NCBI GenBank assembly: GCA_937930175.1
Contig: CALGLP010000013.1
Span: 139,764-203,763 of the forward strand
DNA: 64,000 nucleotides
DNA from: an uncultured bacterium
Lineage (GTDB): Bacteria > Omnitrophota > Gorgyraeia > Zapsychrales > Aceulaceae
Reading direction: 5' to 3'
The notes under the pieces: model-generated
Told to the model about the DNA's origin: nothing
Databases searched by the model: none
Seen by the model: only the letters and a program-made list of their open reading frames with translations
Position numbers and translations under genes: made by a program
Shown: piece by piece, positions 27,788 to 37,288 of the stretch
How the letters are laid out: the number at the start of each line of letters is the position of its first letter
How positions within the stretch are numbered: position 1 is the first letter of the stretch

Positions 27788-29083
27788 ATGCCAAAAGAAA
27801 TTTTAGTAAATATTAAAGAAAATGAAACGCGTGTCTCTATTACAGACAACGGGATTTTAGATGATTTTTATATTGAGCGCGACTCTGAGGATGTGTTGCT
27901 AGGAAATATTTACAAGGGGCGCGTGGAATCCATCTTGCCGTCGATCAATGCGGCCTTTGTGAATATTGGACAAGAGAAGAACGGTTTTTTATATCTGACA
28001 GATATTGTGAGCCCTTTAGTGGAAGAAGAGTTATCCGGAGCAAGGAAGTTTCTTGATAATATTTTTAATCTTAAGAAAGATCCGAAAAAGAAACAGCTTG
28101 CAGCGAAACCTTTGGCGAAAGGTGATGAGGTCATCGTGCAGGTGGTCAAGGAGCCCTTTGGAACCAAGGGTGCGCGACTGACAAGCCATGTGAGCCTTCC
28201 TGGGCGCTTTATTGTGTTTATGCCTTATGATAAACATCTTGGTGTTTCTAAAAGAATTGAAACCGCCCCAGATCGTCAGAGGTTGCGGGAAATTCTGAAA
28301 GAGTTAGATTTTGCAAAGAATAGTGGTTTTATTATTCGTACCGTTGCGCTTCAGAAAGGCAAGAAGGAAATTGTTCGTGATGCTAAATTTCTTTTTGATG
28401 TTTGGCAGAAAATCAAAAAGCAAGCAGAGGAAAAACAAGCCCCGTCGCTTCTGTACAAAGAATATGACCTTACCTGGAGAGTTGTGAGGGATTTTTTAAG
28501 AGAAGATGTCACGAGCGTCATCGTTGATTCTCAGGAAGCCTATGAGCGCATTCGGAAATTTGTTTTTATGTTGATTGGTAATGAGATGATTAATCGTATT
28601 CAGCACTACAAGGGTGAAGTTTCTTTGTTTGATGCTAAGAATGTAACGAAGCAGTTAAATAAAATTTATGAACCGAGGGTTTCTTTAAAGTCCGGAGCGT
28701 ATATTGTGATCGAGCCGACCGAAGGGCTCATTGTTGTGGATGTCAACAGTGGCCGCTTTAAAGTAAATGCGTCTCCTGAGGATGCGGCTTTTATGGTTAA
28801 TATGGAAGCTGCCTTGGAAATCGCGCGCCAGTTGCGCTTGCGCGATTTAGGTGGTATTATTGTCATCGATTTTATTGATATGACCAGAGAAGGTCATAAG
28901 CGCCAGGTTCTTCAGGCTCTTGAAAAAGCGCTTGAAAAAGATCATGCCAAAACCGAGGTGACAAAAATTTCTCAGTTGGGTTTGCTTGAGATGACGCGCG
29001 CTCGGACAGGAAAAACAATCCAGTCGATGTCTTTTGAGACTTGTCCCTATTGTAGCGGACGAGGCCAAGTCAAGATCGGGTAA
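27788..29083 (+). CDS. rng: Ribonuclease G/E family endoribonuclease
   Basis: It has an N-terminal S1 domain (GNIYKGRVESILPSINAAFVNIGQEKNGFLY) and the catalytic DNase I-like region (LIVVDVNSG... DFIDM). The C-terminus carries CPYCSGRG zinc-link Cys residues. At 431 aa it fits RNase G rather than RNase E. Confidence 0.8.
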   Translation: MPKEILVNIKENETRVSITDNGILDDFYIERDSEDVLLGNIYKGRVESILPSINAAFVNIGQEKNGFLYLTDIVSPLVEEELSGARKFLDNIFNLKKDPKKKQLAAKPLAKGDEVIVQVVKEPFGTKGARLTSHVSLPGRFIVFMPYDKHLGVSKRIETAPDRQRLREILKELDFAKNSGFIIRTVALQKGKKEIVRDAKFLFDVWQKIKKQAEEKQAPSLLYKEYDLTWRVVRDFLREDVTSVIVDSQEAYERIRKFVFMLIGNEMINRIQHYKGEVSLFDAKNVTKQLNKIYEPRVSLKSGAYIVIEPTEGLIVVDVNSGRFKVNASPEDAAFMVNMEAALEIARQLRLRDLGGIIVIDFIDMTREGHKRQVLQALEKALEKDHAKTEVTKISQLGLLEMTRARTGKTIQSMSFETCPYCSGRGQVKIG

Positions 29084-29116
29084 TCTGTTCTTGAAGACAC
29101 ATTAAAGGAGGAGTAC

Positions 29117-29431
29117 ATGTACGCAATTGTTCAGGTGGGATCACAGCAATATAAAGTCTCCGAAGGCGATATCGTGAGCGTTCAAAAGCTTGATGATAAA
29201 GGACCTTCAGTAAGGCTTGAGAAAGTTTTGCTTTTTGAAGACGGCGATACTGTGAAGATTGGCCAACCTTTTTTAGATGATGTCAAGGTCACGGCGTCGA
29301 TCGTTGCCCAAGAAAAAGATGATAAGGTTGTGTCGTTTAAATATTCCAAGCGAAAGAATACGTCCTGGAAAAAAGGACATCGACAAAAGTTAACGACGCT
29401 TAAGATTTCAAAAATAGAGTCTAAGGGATAA
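29117..29431 (+). CDS. rplU: 50S ribosomal protein L21
   Basis: MYAIVQVGSQQYKVSEGD... is a canonical bL21 N-terminus. Confidence 0.9.
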   Translation: MYAIVQVGSQQYKVSEGDIVSVQKLDDKGPSVRLEKVLLFEDGDTVKIGQPFLDDVKVTASIVAQEKDDKVVSFKYSKRKNTSWKKGHRQKLTTLKISKIESKG

Positions 29432-29458
29432 AAAGTTCTTTTAAAAAGAGGTTTGCGC

Positions 29459-30445
29459 ATGGGAGCCTTCGTTGACGAAGCACGTATTTATGTTAAAGCT
29501 GGAGACGGAGGGAAGGGTTGCGAAAGTTTTTATCGCGATAAGTTTATGCGTTATCCTAAGCCTGATGGCGGTGATGGTGGTCGAGGTGGAGATGTTGTGG
29601 TTGTCGCTAACCGCTCGATTCAGACATTGCTTGATTTTAAGTTTCGGCAGCATCATGAGGGCGAACGCGGCGGCCATGCCAGTAGTAATGCCAAAAAAGG
29701 CAAGCGCGGTCAAGATTGTCTCTTGAAGGTTCCGCTGGGGACTATTGTTCGTGATTATGATACGAAGCTGATGATTCGCGATTTAAGCGAAGACGGTCAA
29801 AGCGTCATTGTAGCTAGAGGTGGCTGCGGAGGCATTGGGAACAATAAGAACCGCACGCCAAAACCTGCAGGTTTTGGGGAAAAGCGAACTATTCATTTTG
29901 AGCTTAAGACGGTTGCCGATGTGGGGCTCATTGGATTTCCTAACGCTGGAAAATCTACCATTATTTCGAATATTTCAAAAGTTAAGTCCAAGATTGCCAG
30001 CTATCCGTTCACAACCCGACAGCCTATTCTCGGCTTTGTTCAGGATGAAGATTATTTTGAATGCGTTGTTGCGGATCTTCCAGGGCTCATTGAAGGGGCT
30101 CATCAAGGTAAGGGCTTAGGGGATCGTTTTTTGCGCCACGCGGAGCGAACGCGTATTCTTGTCCATGTCATTGATATGGCAGGCGTGGATGGGCGTAATC
30201 CCCTAGAAGATTATGCCAAGATCAATCATGAGCTTGAAGCGCACGGCCAGGATCTTTTTTTAAAGAAGCAGATTCTCGTTGCGAACAAAATGGATTTGCC
30301 GCAGGCTAAGGAAAATTTAAAAGAGTTTAAGAAAAGCGTGAAAACCAAGATTCTTTTAGTTTCTGCGTTAGAACAAAAAGGCTTGCAGATGTTAGTGAAG
30401 GAAATGAAGAAGATTTTATGTCGCGAACGCTCTCCAAAAAAATAA
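29459..30445 (+). CDS. obg: GTPase Obg/CgtA
   Basis: It has the Obg fold Gly-rich N-domain (DEARIYVKAGDGGKGCESFYRDKFMRYPKPDGGDGGRGGDV) and G1 GFPNAGKST, G3 DLPG, G4 NKMD. It begins only 27 nt after rplU. Confidence 0.9.
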   Translation: MGAFVDEARIYVKAGDGGKGCESFYRDKFMRYPKPDGGDGGRGGDVVVVANRSIQTLLDFKFRQHHEGERGGHASSNAKKGKRGQDCLLKVPLGTIVRDYDTKLMIRDLSEDGQSVIVARGGCGGIGNNKNRTPKPAGFGEKRTIHFELKTVADVGLIGFPNAGKSTIISNISKVKSKIASYPFTTRQPILGFVQDEDYFECVVADLPGLIEGAHQGKGLGDRFLRHAERTRILVHVIDMAGVDGRNPLEDYAKINHELEAHGQDLFLKKQILVANKMDLPQAKENLKEFKKSVKTKILLVSALEQKGLQMLVKEMKKILCRERSPKK

Positions 30446-31506
30446 AACGTCTTGTTGTGAAATTGGGCTCAGGCACGATTGCGCATTACTATAAGAACCC
30501 TTGCGCTTGCGGTTTGGCGTCTTTGATTGAAGAGATAGGTATTGTTCAGAAACAAGGCATTCAAGTTGTTCTGGTAAGCTCTGGATCCATTGTTTTAGGA
30601 TTAGGTGAAATTAATCAAACCGTTCGACCGGCGGAGCTTTCGTCGTTGCAGGCGCTTGCCGCGATTGGTCAGAATGTTTTGATGAATGTTTATACGCAAT
30701 TGTTAGAGAAAAATAAATTGCGTTGCGCGCAAATTCTTTTGACCTGGGATGATTTTAGTGATCGCGTGCGCTACAACAATGCGCGTAATACGATTGGGAA
30801 GATTTTAGATTATGGCATGATTCCGATTATTAACGAAAACGATACGATTTCAACGGAGGAGATTAAATTTGGAGATAACGATAAGCTTTCGGCGCTGGTG
30901 GCGACTTTGATGGGCGCGGATTTGCTTTTGATACTTTCTGATGTTGATGGGCTCTATGATACGAAAAGCACAGAGCGCAAAGTCTTCTGTGAAATTAAAG
31001 ATGTGACCAAGGATGTCGAAAGTTTAGCACTGGGGACATCCAAAAAAAATGTTTCCAAAGGTGGCATGATCACAAAGCTTGAAGCTGTTAAGATTGTGAC
31101 GCACGCCAACATTCCTTGTATTATTGCTAACGCTCAAGCTCCCCATGTTATTCAAGATATCCTCAAGGGCGAGCATGTCGGTACGTTGTTTGTTGAAAAG
31201 GAAGAAAAGCTCTTAGCCAGGCGCCATTGGGTTTCTTTTGTTGCTAAGCCCAAGGGTAAGATTGTTGTGGATGCGGGTGCCAAGCAGGCTTTGCTCAAGG
31301 CTGGTAAAAGTCTTCTGTTGCCTGGCGTTCTTAGCTGGGAAGGAACGTTTAAGAAAGACGATGTTGTTGTGATCTTAAGTCAAGAGGGCCAGGAGATTGG
31401 CCGTGGCATTACTAATTATTCTGTGAGTGATTTATTTCGTGCTGAAGACAAAAAGCAGAAAATAGAAGTGATCCATCGCGATGACATGGTTTTATCCGCG
31501 CGATAA
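30418..31506 (+). CDS. proB: Glutamate 5-kinase
   Basis: It has an amino-acid kinase domain (VVKLGSGTI...) plus a C-terminal PUA domain. The start may be a few codons downstream of 30418. Confidence 0.85.
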   Translation: MSRTLSKKIKRLVVKLGSGTIAHYYKNPCACGLASLIEEIGIVQKQGIQVVLVSSGSIVLGLGEINQTVRPAELSSLQALAAIGQNVLMNVYTQLLEKNKLRCAQILLTWDDFSDRVRYNNARNTIGKILDYGMIPIINENDTISTEEIKFGDNDKLSALVATLMGADLLLILSDVDGLYDTKSTERKVFCEIKDVTKDVESLALGTSKKNVSKGGMITKLEAVKIVTHANIPCIIANAQAPHVIQDILKGEHVGTLFVEKEEKLLARRHWVSFVAKPKGKIVVDAGAKQALLKAGKSLLLPGVLSWEGTFKKDDVVVILSQEGQEIGRGITNYSVSDLFRAEDKKQKIEVIHRDDMVLSAR

Positions 31507-31519
31507 ATAGGAACATGGT

Positions 31520-32779
31520 ATGAATCTTGAAAAGCATATTTTAAATGTTGTGCAGTCAGCAAAAAAAGCTTCTTTGGGTTTGTCTTTGGCGTCAACCCAA
31601 GATAAAAATAAAGCCCTTTCTTTAATGGCTAAGGCCATCATGGCCAATCAAGCCTTTCTTATTAAAGAGAATCAAAAGGATGTGCGGTTTGCTAAGCAAA
31701 ATAAATATCCAAGTGCTTTGGTGGATCGTTTAATGCTTAATGGGAAACGTATTAAAGCCATGGCGGACTGCCTTTGGGATACAGCACGTCTCCAAGATCC
31801 GGTAGGTGCTGTGATGAAATCGTTTAAGCGTCCTAATGGGCTTTTGATCAAAAAAGTGAGGGTTCCCATTGGCGTTGTTGGTATTATTTATGAATCTCGA
31901 CCCAATGTGACCAGCGATTGCGTCGGTCTGTGCTTAAAGTCAGGCAACGTTGTTATTTTAAAGGGCGGTAAAGAAGCTTTTTATTCTAATAGAGCGATTT
32001 TTAAAGTTTTGCAAGAAGCGCTTAGGAAAACCAAGATTCCTCAAGGCGCGATCCAGTTCATTGAGCCAACAGATCGTCAGGCGGTTTCAATTCTTTTACG
32101 TCAAGATCAATGTATTGATGTGATCATTCCTCGAGGAGGAGAGAGTTTGATTCGATTTGTTGTTGAGCATTCCTTAATTCCGGTTGTTAAGCATTATAAG
32201 GGAGTTTGCCACAGCTATGTGAGCGCTCATGCGAATTTACAAATGGCCCAAGCGATTTGTTTAAATGCTAAGACGCAACGCCCTGGTGTTTGCAATGCCA
32301 TGGAAACCATGCTTGTTCATCAGGCTGTTGCCAGGCGTTTTTTGCCAATGATTGTCCAGGAAATGATCAAGGCGGGTGTAGAAATACGCGGATGCGTTAA
32401 AACGCGTGTAATTTGTGGCGAAACGGTGAAAAAAGCGACCGAGCAAGATTGGGCGGAAGAATATCTTGATTTGATTCTCGCTGTGAAGGTTGTCCAAAGC
32501 ACACAAGAAGCGATTGATCACATCAATCGTTATGGAACACGGCACTCGGATGCAATTATTACAAATCATAAGTCTGAGGCGCAGCAGTTTTTGAAAGCTG
32601 TCGATTCTGCCTGCGTGTATGTGAATGCCTCGACACGTTTTACGGATGGATACGAATTTGGCATGGGAGCGGAGATTGGGATTAGCACCGATAAGCTTCA
32701 TGTGCGCGGGCCCATGGGCTTAGAGGAGTTGACTATTTATAAATATCTTGTGACGGGTCAAGGGCAAATTCGCGTGTAG
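31520..32779 (+). CDS. proA: Gamma-glutamyl phosphate reductase
   Basis: It is an ALDH-superfamily protein with the catalytic Cys in the GVCNAMETMLVH context, and it follows proB. Confidence 0.85.
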   Translation: MNLEKHILNVVQSAKKASLGLSLASTQDKNKALSLMAKAIMANQAFLIKENQKDVRFAKQNKYPSALVDRLMLNGKRIKAMADCLWDTARLQDPVGAVMKSFKRPNGLLIKKVRVPIGVVGIIYESRPNVTSDCVGLCLKSGNVVILKGGKEAFYSNRAIFKVLQEALRKTKIPQGAIQFIEPTDRQAVSILLRQDQCIDVIIPRGGESLIRFVVEHSLIPVVKHYKGVCHSYVSAHANLQMAQAICLNAKTQRPGVCNAMETMLVHQAVARRFLPMIVQEMIKAGVEIRGCVKTRVICGETVKKATEQDWAEEYLDLILAVKVVQSTQEAIDHINRYGTRHSDAIITNHKSEAQQFLKAVDSACVYVNASTRFTDGYEFGMGAEIGISTDKLHVRGPMGLEELTIYKYLVTGQGQIRV

Positions 32780-32797
32780 TTTTCTGAAAGGAATAAT

Positions 32798-33376
32798 GTG
32801 GATCGCATAGGAGTTTTAGGAGGGACGTTTAACCCGATTCACGTGGGTCATTTGGCAATGGCGCAAATGGCCCTTGAGCGCATGCATTTGACTAAGGTTG
32901 TTTTTGTGCCAGCCTATATTCCGCCGCATAAAAATCCAGGAGTTGTTGCAGGTGCCAAGCATCGTTATCAGATGGTTAAACTTGCGATTGACGGCAATGC
33001 CTCTTTTGAGATTTCAGATTTTGAAATGAATAAACAAGATAAGTCGTATACTATTGATACGATGAATTATTTCTTTGAATTTTATCCCAGAGATACTAAA
33101 CTCTATTTTATTATTGGGGGAGATACTCTTGGGCATTTGCGCAGTTGGCGCTATATTGACGATATTTTAAAAATAGCAGAATTTATTGTTGTCAATCGTC
33201 CGGGCTGTGTTAAAAAAAGTAATGATGTTAAGCATCATAGCGTGATTATGCCGGGGATCGATATTTCATCGTCGTATGTACGGTTGAGGCTTCTTCAGGA
33301 TAAAACAATTAGGTATTTTGTTCCTGATAAGGTGCTCGACTATATTAGTCAACATCAACTTTATCAAGGGGTATAA
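32798..33376 (+). CDS. nadD: Nicotinate-nucleotide adenylyltransferase
   Basis: It has a GTG start and the motif GGTFNPIHVGHL (H/T-x-G-H nucleotidyltransferase motif). It is about 190 aa. Confidence 0.85.
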   Translation: MDRIGVLGGTFNPIHVGHLAMAQMALERMHLTKVVFVPAYIPPHKNPGVVAGAKHRYQMVKLAIDGNASFEISDFEMNKQDKSYTIDTMNYFFEFYPRDTKLYFIIGGDTLGHLRSWRYIDDILKIAEFIVVNRPGCVKKSNDVKHHSVIMPGIDISSSYVRLRLLQDKTIRYFVPDKVLDYISQHQLYQGV

Positions 33377-33377
33377 C

Positions 33378-34829
33378 ATGATTAAAAATAGAGAATTTGT
33401 TGTGAGTGAAGAGGCAAGAAATGAAATTCGCTTTGGAACCGATGGTTGGCGCGCTGTTATTTCCAAAGAGTTTACTTTTAAAAATGTCGCGATCTTAGCC
33501 CAAGCGATCAGCGAGTGGGTCAATCGCGACCTGCGTAAGCCAACGGGTTTACGTAAGCGTGTGGCGATTGGTTATGATACGCGTTTTTTGTCTGAAGAGT
33601 ATGCCAAGGCAATCGCATGCGTTCTCGCAGGAAATAATATCGAGGTTTTTCTTTCTGATGCGGCCATTCCTACGCCGACGCTAAGTTTTGCTGTGACCTG
33701 TCATCATTGTGTGGCTGGCCTGATGATCACGGCGAGTCACAATCCAGGACAGTTTAATGGCGTGAAGATTAAAACAGCGCAGGGGGGAGCCGCCTCGCGC
33801 GAGATCACGGATATCGTGGAAGAGTATATCGCAAAGACAGAGGTCAAGACCGTTGATGCCCTTGTTGCGCAGGAGCGCAAAGATCTTTTTATCCAGGACT
33901 TTAAGACGGAGTATGTAGCTTTTTTACGTAATTATCTTGATTTAAAAACCATCAAGAAGGCGCGTTATAAAATTTTGGTAGATGCGATGCATGGAAGTGG
34001 AAATGCTTTGTCGCTTCGCGTTTTGCAAGGGACAAGCATCCGCGCCGACGTGATGCGGGGAGATGTTAATCCTTCTTTTGAAGGGGGGAAGCCTGAACCT
34101 ATTGAGAAATATGTAACGGGTATTATGCAGCGGGTGAAAAAAGAAAAGTTTGATTTAGGACTTATTTTAGATGGCGATGCCGATCGTATTGCGGCTGTCA
34201 CCTCCGATGGCGAATATATTAATCCTCAGAAGATTTTGGGTTTGATTATTTTGCATTTTGTCCGTAATCGTGGAAAGACGGGTGGTGTCGTTAAAACTAT
34301 TTGTGGAACTACGATGCTCGACAATATTACTAAAAAATTGGGATTGAAGCTTTATGAAACACCAGTAGGATTTAAATATATTTCGGATTTGATGACCTCT
34401 GAAGATATTTTAGCAGGAGGAGAGGAGGCGGGTGGGATTGGTGTTCAGAATTATATTCCTGAACGTGATGGTACACTCGCAGGGCTTTTGCTTCTTGAAA
34501 TGATGGTATACCAGAAAAAAAGCATTAAAAGGCTCATTGTGGACATGGAAAAGGAATTTGGCCACTATTATTATGAAAGGGCCGCCCTTCCTTTAGGCAC
34601 GAAAGCCCTTGATGTCCAAAAACTAAAGTCTGTGAAGCGTATATTAGGGAAGAAGGTTATGGATATTAAGACGTTTGATGGCGTTAAATTGATCTGCGAG
34701 GATGAAAGCTGGGTCATGTTTCGCCCTTCTGGCACAGAGCCGCTTGTGCGCGCTTATGTGGAGGCCAAGTCGGTCAGTAAGGCCAAGGCCATGATTGAGT
34801 TTGCCAAAATGATGCTTAAGAAAAATTAA
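33378..34829 (+). CDS. Alpha-D-phosphohexomutase (phosphoglucomutase/phosphomannomutase family)
   Basis: It has the active-site phosphoserine loop TASHNPGQFNGVK, the metal-binding DGDADR and the sugar-binding GGEEAGG. Confidence 0.8.
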   Translation: MIKNREFVVSEEARNEIRFGTDGWRAVISKEFTFKNVAILAQAISEWVNRDLRKPTGLRKRVAIGYDTRFLSEEYAKAIACVLAGNNIEVFLSDAAIPTPTLSFAVTCHHCVAGLMITASHNPGQFNGVKIKTAQGGAASREITDIVEEYIAKTEVKTVDALVAQERKDLFIQDFKTEYVAFLRNYLDLKTIKKARYKILVDAMHGSGNALSLRVLQGTSIRADVMRGDVNPSFEGGKPEPIEKYVTGIMQRVKKEKFDLGLILDGDADRIAAVTSDGEYINPQKILGLIILHFVRNRGKTGGVVKTICGTTMLDNITKKLGLKLYETPVGFKYISDLMTSEDILAGGEEAGGIGVQNYIPERDGTLAGLLLLEMMVYQKKSIKRLIVDMEKEFGHYYYERAALPLGTKALDVQKLKSVKRILGKKVMDIKTFDGVKLICEDESWVMFRPSGTEPLVRAYVEAKSVSKAKAMIEFAKMMLKKN

Positions 34830-34830
34830 G

Positions 34831-35430
34831 ATGATTTACTGGATTGCTTTTTATCTCCAGAAAGCTTTTTATAAAGCGTATCTATCACTTAAGTCTTATC
34901 ATCACGAAAAGATTCCTAGACGTGGTGGTTATATTATTGCTAGCAATCATTTGAGCAATCTGGATCCGATGCTTGTTGGTATTGCCGCAGGTCGACGCCT
35001 CAGTTTTGTCGCTAAGAAATCACTTTTTAAAAATCCTTTTGTTAATTTCTTTCTTGATCAGTTTGGTGCTTTTCCGATTAAGCGGGGGGCTTTTGATTTG
35101 CAAGGGATCAAGGAGGCCTTGAGGCGCTTGGAAGCACATCAGGGCGTTGTGATGTTCCCTCAGGGCGGTCGGCGCTCGGATAATCTTGATGCCTCAGAGG
35201 TCAAAGCGGGGGTCGGTTTTTTAGCTGTTAAAGCTCAGGTGCCTGTTGTTCCAGCCTTGATTATTGGATCTGATAAAGCCATGCCTCCTGGAGTCAAAGG
35301 TATTCGTAGGGCTAAGGTTACTGTTATTTTTGGGGATCCCATTGAAGTTTCAAAGAAGACGTCCTACCAAGATATGGCCGAACGGGTCCGCGATGCGATC
35401 AAAGCGATTGCTGCCCAGCACGCCTGTTAG
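34831..35430 (+). CDS. plsC: 1-acyl-sn-glycerol-3-phosphate acyltransferase
   Basis: It has the H-x4-D acyltransferase motif (NHLSNLDP), FPQGGR and the PVVP motif. Confidence 0.75.
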   Translation: MIYWIAFYLQKAFYKAYLSLKSYHHEKIPRRGGYIIASNHLSNLDPMLVGIAAGRRLSFVAKKSLFKNPFVNFFLDQFGAFPIKRGAFDLQGIKEALRRLEAHQGVVMFPQGGRRSDNLDASEVKAGVGFLAVKAQVPVVPALIIGSDKAMPPGVKGIRRAKVTVIFGDPIEVSKKTSYQDMAERVRDAIKAIAAQHAC

Positions 35431-35483
35431 CCGTTTTTGTCTTAGCTTGTTCCAGTTGTTCTTATCTTAATAAAAGATTTTAG

Positions 35484-35512
35484 TTGACAAACATAACCTT
35501 TTCACAGATAAT
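35484..35512 (+). promoter_or_regulatory. Sigma70-type promoter of rpsA
   Basis: TTGACA is followed by a 17-nt spacer and GATAAT. The downstream leader carries a direct repeat TGTTACT...TGTTACT before the RBS GGGG. Confidence 0.5.
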
Positions 35513-35587
35513 TTGTTACTTTTGTTAAAGGAAAATGTTACTATTTCTTAACGCAAAAGAATTTCTCGATAAAGGGGTATTAAAAAA

Positions 35588-37162
35588 ATGACAAATGAAA
35601 ATCAAGTTTCAATGGCTGAGCTTTACGAAAAATCGATGCGTGAGCTCAAAGAAGGGGAAATCGTCCAAGGAGAGATCATTGGGATTGCCTTAAAAGACAT
35701 CATTGTGGATGTCGGGTATAAATCCGAAGGTTTTATTTCTGTTGATGAGTTCCGCGATCCAGAAAAAGTTAAAATTGGTAATTTTGTTGAGGTTCTCGTC
35801 GAATCTGTTGAGGATGAGCATGGACGCCTGATTTTGTCGCATACCAAGGCCCAGAGGCTTCAGGGCTGGCAAAAGATCGCTGACCAACTGGATGAAGGTT
35901 CTTTTGTCGATGGACGAGTGATCAAGCAGGTCAACGGCGGTTATATTGTTGATATCGAAGGCGTGGATGCCTTCTTGCCGCGTTCGTTATCGGCATTCAA
36001 GGGTATTCCAGTCAAAGATACCATTGGCACCAAATACAAGTTTTTTATTACTAAGATGAACAAGCCTAGACGTAATATTATTCTTTCGCGACGAGAAGTT
36101 ATTCAGAAAGAGCGCGATGAAGTCAAGACCAAACTTTGGGACAAGCTTGAAAAAGGCCAGCGTCGCACAGGCATGGTCAAGGGGATTACGGACTTTGGCG
36201 CTTTTATTGATTTAGGTGGCATCGACGGACTTTTGCATATCACGGATATGAGCTGGTCACGCATTAATCATCCCTCCGAGCTCGTCGCCATCGGGGACAA
36301 GATTGAAATTCTTGTTTTAGATTTTGATCGTGAAAATTCAAAAGTTTCATTAGGTTTAAAACAGATCAGTGCTAATCCCTGGGAGGGTGTGGAAGATAAG
36401 CATCCTGTGGGAAGCAAGATCAAGGGGAAGATTGTCAATATTATGCCCTATGGGTTATTTATTGAGATTGGTAAAGGCATTGAAGGTCTTTTGCACTCTT
36501 CAGAAATTTCTTGGCAAAAGAAGATGGTCAATCCTCAAGAGATGTTTGCCATCGGCGACATGGTCGAGGTTCAGATTATTAGCATTGACAAGGATACCAA
36601 ACGCATTTCCCTTAGCCTGAAGCAGCTTGAGAAAAATCCATGGCTTGAGGTTGAAGGTAAGTTTCCGGTGGGAACAAAGATTTCTGGTAAGGTTCGTGGG
36701 TTTACGGATTATGGAGCCTTTGTTGAGATCGAAGGTAGTGTTGAGGGCATGATCCATGTTTCTGATATGTCATGGACCCGTAAGGTCAATCATCCTCAAG
36801 AAATCTTTAAGAAAGGGCAAACAGTCGATGTGGTTGTCTTGGCTGTGGATCCTGAACAAAGAAAAATCAATCTAGGGTATAAACAACTGAAGGAAAATCC
36901 GTGGGCGGAGATTGCCAAGCGTTATCCGATTGGTTGCGTTATGGATGCGGAAGTTGTTTTGAACACCGATTTTGGTGTCTTTGTTAAACTTGAAGAAGAG
37001 ATTGAGGGCTTAATTTATGCTTCCGAGATTGAGAAATCAAGAGCTGATAGCCTCAAAGCTGGCGATAAGGTTTCCGTTAAAGTCATCAAAGTCGATGTTG
37101 ACCAGATGAAGATTGGCTTGAGCGCAAAGGTTTCTGAGGCCTCTGAAGAAAAGCCGCAATAA
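35588..37162 (+). CDS. rpsA: 30S ribosomal protein S1
   Basis: It has six tandem S1 (OB-fold) repeats (G-x-V-x-G-x-V... GLLH/GLIY motifs) and is 524 aa. Confidence 0.9.
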   Translation: MTNENQVSMAELYEKSMRELKEGEIVQGEIIGIALKDIIVDVGYKSEGFISVDEFRDPEKVKIGNFVEVLVESVEDEHGRLILSHTKAQRLQGWQKIADQLDEGSFVDGRVIKQVNGGYIVDIEGVDAFLPRSLSAFKGIPVKDTIGTKYKFFITKMNKPRRNIILSRREVIQKERDEVKTKLWDKLEKGQRRTGMVKGITDFGAFIDLGGIDGLLHITDMSWSRINHPSELVAIGDKIEILVLDFDRENSKVSLGLKQISANPWEGVEDKHPVGSKIKGKIVNIMPYGLFIEIGKGIEGLLHSSEISWQKKMVNPQEMFAIGDMVEVQIISIDKDTKRISLSLKQLEKNPWLEVEGKFPVGTKISGKVRGFTDYGAFVEIEGSVEGMIHVSDMSWTRKVNHPQEIFKKGQTVDVVVLAVDPEQRKINLGYKQLKENPWAEIAKRYPIGCVMDAEVVLNTDFGVFVKLEEEIEGLIYASEIEKSRADSLKAGDKVSVKVIKVDVDQMKIGLSAKVSEASEEKPQ

Positions 37163-37288
37163 AAATCTGATTTTTTAGTTCAGACTTAAGCGCGACTTAA
37201 TAGGTTGCGGTTAATCCTGAAGCCATATCTTCGCGGTAATCAAACAGCACGCTGTTTTCAAAAGGTCTCAAGAAATTAGGGTGTTCTT

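Noticed and set aside
29472-30119. Two + strand alternate-frame ORFs (84 and 99 aa) within obg
   Set aside because: They are out-of-frame shadows of the Obg coding sequence. The Obg frame carries all the conserved motifs.
37163-37288. Possible T-box or attenuator leader upstream of tyrS (direct repeat GACTTAA...GACTTAA)
   Set aside because: The gap is only 126 nt. There is no T-box consensus (AATTAGGGTGGNACCGCG) and no terminator/antiterminator pair. The leader is too short for a T-box.
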